Below are positions 59,210-64,000 of a stretch of DNA of 64,000 bases, in pieces. A program made the translations under genes and the position numbers. The first letter of the stretch is position 1; each line of letters begins with the position of its first letter. The notes under the pieces are model-generated. The model was not told the origin of the DNA. It was given only the letters and a program-made list of their open reading frames with translations, and ran no database searches. This DNA comes from Nitrospirota bacterium (GTDB lineage Bacteria; Nitrospirota; UBA9217). The stretch spans positions 352,001 through 416,000 of the forward strand of contig CAVVUN010000002.1 in assembly GCA_963751455.1 (NCBI GenBank), given 5' to 3'.

Positions 59210-59428
59210 GCAATAACAACTGATCGAAGAATATTTATCAGTGAACTGCGAATGGAAAGACTTAAGCTTACATTGGTTTGAAAACCGAGATTCTTCAGGG
59301 CTGCGCCCTTCAGAATGACAATTTACTATTGTCAACGCGCTGCTCCTGCCGATCCCGCCCCGTGCTTACATCCCGTGCTATATTAAGATCAAATCACCGG
59401 TAAATCACTTCATAAGGATTGGAAAACC

Positions 59429-60683
59429 ATGCGTGCACGATCATCCAGGACACGGCTTGCCATACTGCGTTCAACAATGGTATTAGCAGGCGCTTTGGTA
59501 ATGCTGGCTTTTGCCCGCTGCGGTGATAATACTACAGGCTCTCCGGTATCAACAGACACGCCGCCGGGTCCCGATACAACAGTGCCGGACACAACAGGAA
59601 CGGCGGACATACCTCAAATCTCCTTTGTCAAAATTGCGGGGGGCTTCAGTTCGCCGACGGCGATAGCCAGTGCCGGTGACGGCAGCAACCGTCTTTTTAT
59701 CGTCGAGCAGCGGGGGACCATCAAAATCATCAAGAACGGCGTTGTTCTGCAGTCTCCCTTCCTTGACATATCATCGCGAGTACTGTCCGGCGGAGAGCGG
59801 GGGCTCTTCATCATCGTTTTCCCGAACGGGTACCCGGCTCAGAAAAAATATTTCTATGTGAATTATACCGGCAATCAGGGCGACGGCGATACGTTCATAG
59901 CGCGGTATCAGACAACTGCCGATCCCGACGTCGCTGACGCCGCAAGCGAACAGCAGCTTCTGAGGGTAGACCAGCCGTTCGCGAACCACAACGGTGGGCA
60001 AATGACGTTCGGTCCTGACGGATTTCTCTATATCGGAATGGGCGACGGCGGATCAGCCGGGCGATCCCTTCAACAATGCTCAAAATCCCGGCGTTCTGCT
60101 CGGGAAGATGCTCAGAATCGATGTGGAATCGCAGACGGAAGGGTATGCAATTCCTCCTGATAATCCCTTTGTAGGCAAAGCCGGAAATCGTCCCGAAATA
60201 TGGGCATTGGGCCTCCGTAATCCCTGGCGGTTTTCCTTTGATCGCGAGACCCGTGACCTGTATATCGCGGACGTGGGACAGGACAAGTATGAGGAGGTCA
60301 ATTTCCAGCCTGCTTCGAGCAAGGGAGGCGAGAATTACGGATGGGATGTCATGGAAGGTCTGCATTGCTACACCTCGGAATCCTGCAATAAAACAGGACT
60401 CACGCTCCCGATCCTCGAATATTCCCTGACGCAGGGCAACTGCGCGGCTACCGGAGGTTTTGTATATCGAGGAGCGGAATTCCCCTCGCTTCAGGGAGTG
60501 TACATCTATGGCGATTACTGCAGCGGGAGGATCTGGGGCTTAAGAAAAAAGGGAGACACCTGGGAAAATAAACTGATACTGGACACCGATCTCGGGATAT
60601 CCACATTCGGCCAAGATGAAGCCGGGAATATTTATGTTGCAGACCACAGCCGCGGAGATATTTATAAAATCGTTGTGCCGTGA
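59429..60683 (+). pseudogene. PQQ-dependent sugar dehydrogenase (GSDH family), frameshifted
   Basis: NHNGG..FGPDG.LYIG.GDGGSAG, then an extra G at about 60060; the other frame continues DPFNNAQN..LLGKMLRID and GLRNPWRFSFD. Confidence 0.88.
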
Positions 60684-60724
60684 AATGCATAGCGCATGGC
60701 GCAAAGCGTAAGATTCGCTATGCC

Positions 60725-61534
60725 CTATGCGCTCTGCTCTATGCAGCGTTCTACCAACCTCGCCGCAAACTCCTCTCCCAGCACAACCATCGATTCGATA
60801 TCGAGATACCGGGGGGCGGTCCTGTCAAGCAAAAGCTTGCACTGCGCGGGGAAGTTCTCCTCGGGCGCGGCATCGTAAAACAGAAGCAGGACGGGGTAGT
60901 GCGGAAAAAAACGGAATTCGTATCCAGCGTCGTGATTTCCGACTATCAAGGCCGGAATCCCGCCTAAACGTTCGCAAGCGCTCTTGAGTGCTGCTACGTT
61001 CCCGCTGAAATGCCTCGCAATTTCCTCCTCGACGTGGCCTGCCCATGCCTTGTCCTTGGCGTGAGATGCCGGCACTGAGCTGAACGTTATCCATTCTCCG
61101 GCCGGCTCCGGGGGATCAGGCATGCAGAGGTGATTATAGATAAGGATAGAAATCCATGGCCGCGGTTCGTTGCCCTTTGCGTCCGTAATACCGAGCTTTG
61201 TGACCTTGTAAGAGTCACGCAAAAAATGTATTCCAAGGGTGTCGTGATCCAGGAGCTTTAAGCCGAAGAGCGCGGCTGTTTTCTTAAGATTCAAAGCCTG
61301 AATTTTCGGCCGGAGCGATTCGAGAACCTGATCATATACCGTGCCTGATGAAGCAGGATTTCTCTCGTTTAAAGAGGCAAGTTCTGCCCTTGCTGTGCCG
61401 GTCATTTCAGGACAATCTTCTGCGGAAGCCTGGTTCGATGCGAGCTTTGCCGCGAACCCGAAGCAGCTTGACAGGCCGCACTTGCCGCAGTTCGTTTTTG
61501 GAAGGAGTTTGTATATGTCGACCGCAGTTGCCAT
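60725..61534 (-). CDS. Fe-S-binding plus DUF3786 protein
   Basis: LPKTNCGKCG.SSC..FA..CP, and a C-terminal FPAQCKLLLD..YLDIES. Confidence 0.82.
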   Translation of the reverse strand: MATAVDIYKLLPKTNCGKCGLSSCFGFAAKLASNQASAEDCPEMTGTARAELASLNERNPASSGTVYDQVLESLRPKIQALNLKKTAALFGLKLLDHDTLGIHFLRDSYKVTKLGITDAKGNEPRPWISILIYNHLCMPDPPEPAGEWITFSSVPASHAKDKAWAGHVEEEIARHFSGNVAALKSACERLGGIPALIVGNHDAGYEFRFFPHYPVLLLFYDAAPEENFPAQCKLLLDRTAPRYLDIESMVVLGEEFAARLVERCIEQSA

Positions 61535-61647
61535 TGCATTAACGTTAACCCTTTTTCTGAATCGAGTCAACCCAATCTGTAAATATCATACTGCATCAAA
61601 GGTTCCATTAAACGCGCCAAGGGCTATTTCAGGTAATGAGATAGTTC

Positions 61648-61676
61648 TTGACAGGTGAACAAATGTTCACTATAAT
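61648..61676 (+). promoter_or_regulatory. dinB promoter with a candidate SOS box
   Basis: TTGACA-17 nt-TATAAT, with the palindrome GTGAACaaatGTTCAC (61655-61670) in the spacer. Confidence 0.85.
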
Positions 61677-61691
61677 GGGCTTAAGGTTGAA

Positions 61692-62909
61692 ATGGGACAT
61701 ATACTTCATATCGATATGAACGCTTTTTTCGCCTCTGTTGAGCAGCGGGCAGATCCGTCGCTACGGGACAGGCCCATTGCCGTAGTCGGATCCAAACACC
61801 GCGGCGTTGTCCTTTCTCCTTCATACGAGGCACGGGCCTTCGGGGTAAAGACCGGTATGACGTACGGTGAGGCGAAAAAGGCGTGCCCCGGGATCGTTAT
61901 GGTAACTGCGGATTCCTCAAAATATTCCGAAGCGTGCGGGCAACTGATTAAACTCTGGAGCCAGTTTACTCCGGACGTTGAGCTTTTTTCGATAGACGAA
62001 GCCTTTCTCGATGTGACCGGCTGCGAATCGCTTTTTGGAGATCCGGTCCGGATTGCCGTCCTCATCAAGGAGAGGATCTGGGAAGAAATGGGGCTGACGT
62101 GCTCCATCGGGATCGGCCCCAATAAACTCCTTGCCAAACTGGGGAGCGACATGCAGAAGCCGGACGGGCTGGTGCTCATATCGCCGGACGACGTCGGACA
62201 AGTGCTCGAAAACCTGCCTGTCAAGGAAATCTGCGGCATCGGTCCGAGCCTTACGAGGCAGCTGGCATCTATGGGGGTCAGAACATGCGGCGAACTAGCC
62301 CAGATACCGCTGCGCGAGTTGACGGCCCGGTTCGGCGTGCTCGGGGAACGCCTTCAGGACATGGCACGCGGCATTGATAACGACCCTGTCGCCTCTCCCA
62401 GCGAGCAGGAAGGGGACGCAAGCAAGTCAATGGGCCACAGCATGACGCTCGACGAAGATTGCTCCGACGGAGAGATGATAGAGCGGCATATCCTCCAACT
62501 GTCCGAGAAAGTGGCACAGAGGCTCAGGCGCGGCCAGTACACGGGAAGGACCGTAACCCTTACGCTCCGCTATGCTGATTTCCATACCTTTACCAGGCAG
62601 CGCCGGCTTCAGCATACCGTGAATCATGGGCTCGACATTCATGCTGCCGCTGCAGCTATTCTGCGGGAAACACCGCTGGAGCAGGCAGTACGGCTCGTGG
62701 GAGTCAGCGTATCGGCGCTGGAGCGGAACGTGGTGCAGATGCCGCTTTTTGCGTTTGAACGGAAACGGAAATTTCTTGCGGAAGCGATGGACGATATAAA
62801 CGACCGTTACGGCTCATTCACGGTCACCTGGGGAACGCTGGCGGAGCGTTATCGTCATGAACGGATCATCTCGCCTGCCTGGCGCCCGACAGGGGACAGA
62901 CAGTATTAG
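61692..62909 (+). CDS. dinB: DNA polymerase IV
   Basis: HIDMNAFFASVEQ, SYEARAFGV, SIDEAFLD and KPDG. Confidence 0.96.
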   Translation: MGHILHIDMNAFFASVEQRADPSLRDRPIAVVGSKHRGVVLSPSYEARAFGVKTGMTYGEAKKACPGIVMVTADSSKYSEACGQLIKLWSQFTPDVELFSIDEAFLDVTGCESLFGDPVRIAVLIKERIWEEMGLTCSIGIGPNKLLAKLGSDMQKPDGLVLISPDDVGQVLENLPVKEICGIGPSLTRQLASMGVRTCGELAQIPLRELTARFGVLGERLQDMARGIDNDPVASPSEQEGDASKSMGHSMTLDEDCSDGEMIERHILQLSEKVAQRLRRGQYTGRTVTLTLRYADFHTFTRQRRLQHTVNHGLDIHAAAAAILRETPLEQAVRLVGVSVSALERNVVQMPLFAFERKRKFLAEAMDDINDRYGSFTVTWGTLAERYRHERIISPAWRPTGDRQY

Positions 62910-63012
62910 AATTGCGGATTGCGACTAAAACCTAATGAGCAATGCCTTGACCTACACCGCTGATTCAAAGGCGTCTCGCGTACCCTGCACTCTCGTAAAC
63001 GCGGGCATAAAC

Positions 63013-63089
63013 AAAGCCGCAAAGGCGCAGAGAGAATCAAAAATAACAATGTCTTCTTTCTTTTCTTTGCGGCTTGGCGTCTTTGCGCG
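63013..63089. repeat. Octamer CGCAAAGN/CTTTGCG inverted element (half copy at 38326-38350)
   Basis: aaagccgcaaaggcgcagag pairs with ctttgcggcttggcgtctttgcgcg. Confidence 0.75.
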
Positions 63090-63180
63090 AAAATTGATTT
63101 TAGGTTTGATTCAAGTATTTGACTCAAATTCCAAGACGTGACGAAGTAAAGGTACTATAAAGTGAAATCGGGGTAGTGAT

Positions 63181-63798
63181 TTGAAATCCAAAATAGATCT
63201 AACCGAACGTCAACAGGAGATTTATGAATATATCCGGTACGAGATCGACACGAATGGCATTCCGCCGACCATGCGCGAGATAGGGCTGCGGTTCCGCATC
63301 AAGTCCACGAACGGCGTGAACAGGCATCTTCTGGCCCTCGAACGAAACGGATTGCTCAGACGCGAGCCGGGAAAATCCCACGGAATCCGGCTGCAGTCCG
63401 AAGAACGGCCGGTCGGGTCCATACCGCTTCTCGGAAGAGTTGCCGCGGGAACCCCGGTGTTGTCGCCTGAGAACCGGGAAGGAGAGATCAAGGTAGATCT
63501 TTCGTTATTCAAGCTCAAATCACCGCAAGGCCTGTTTGCCCTGACAGTTCGGGGAGACAGCATGGTGGATGCTCATATCCTGGAAGGGGACTCGATTCTG
63601 GTGCGGACCCAGACGCACGTGAAGGACGGTGAAATCGTTGTGGCCATGGTTGACGGAGAAACAACGGTAAAACGGATATACCTCGAGAAAGACCGCGTCC
63701 GTCTTCAACCCGAAAACAGGACAATGCAGCCGATTTATGTAGACCGCGGAGAACTACGGGTGCTGGGCAAGGTAGTGGGAGTGTTTCGAAAGGTGTAG
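63181..63798 (+). CDS. lexA: LexA repressor
   Basis: LTERQ, PPTMREI, the cleavage site VAAG, the catalytic GDSM and TVKR. Confidence 0.95.
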   Translation: MKSKIDLTERQQEIYEYIRYEIDTNGIPPTMREIGLRFRIKSTNGVNRHLLALERNGLLRREPGKSHGIRLQSEERPVGSIPLLGRVAAGTPVLSPENREGEIKVDLSLFKLKSPQGLFALTVRGDSMVDAHILEGDSILVRTQTHVKDGEIVVAMVDGETTVKRIYLEKDRVRLQPENRTMQPIYVDRGELRVLGKVVGVFRKV

Positions 63799-63855
63799 TA
63801 CTGGGACCCCGCATTCCGGCCCTCTGTCGCAGCCCCGGTCCGCAATTTCAAAACG

Positions 63856-63925
63856 CGCACCCTAAAGGGTGCGGCTACCAATTCATCAATGCATTATAAT
63901 TGGTAGCCGCAGGCTGTAGCCTGCG
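63856..63925. repeat. Inverted pair of GTAG-type REP hairpins (REPIN-like)
   Basis: cgcaccctaaagggtgcggCTACcaatt..aattgGTAGccgcaggctgtagcctgcg. Confidence 0.8.
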
Positions 63926-64000
63926 TAATTAATAGTTTTCTGGTGAACGCTCGCCGCGCATTTATTCGTCTTCACTCGCAGTTTCTTGACTTCACTCATA

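Overview
This 64-kb bacterial window has no rRNA, tRNA or CRISPR array that I can see. Gene content and order suggest an anaerobic Nitrospirota/Desulfobacterota-like organism (inference). The housekeeping run rarA-rny-ymdB-xseA ... xseB-ispA-dxs-tlyA is split by about 45 kb between xseA and xseB. That interval holds a HEAT/HD-GYP pair, hrpB, a more AT-rich island (about 11.1-34.1 kb), a Rieske/cytochrome b/pentaheme module, plant-like thrC/metB, a three-gene pnt transhydrogenase, vapBC and lhr. dinB and lexA close the window. The island centres on an unusual polymorphic toxin locus. It encodes a 2139-aa Rhs protein with a Sec-type signal peptide and SpvB/FG-GAP regions. About 94 aa are inserted inside its Rhs-associated core, and Asn replaces the first autoprotease Asp. 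Both peculiarities recur in a diverged orphan module with a DUF2380/SitA6-like toxin. Immunity candidates, toxin remnants, a REP-flanked RAYT pseudogene and several secreted or outer-membrane genes surround it. Intergenic DNA carries several short-period inverted-repeat families, including a MITE with an 8-bp target duplication and a palindrome read in frame in a cytochrome gene. Family assignments come from motif recognition only; no searches were run.
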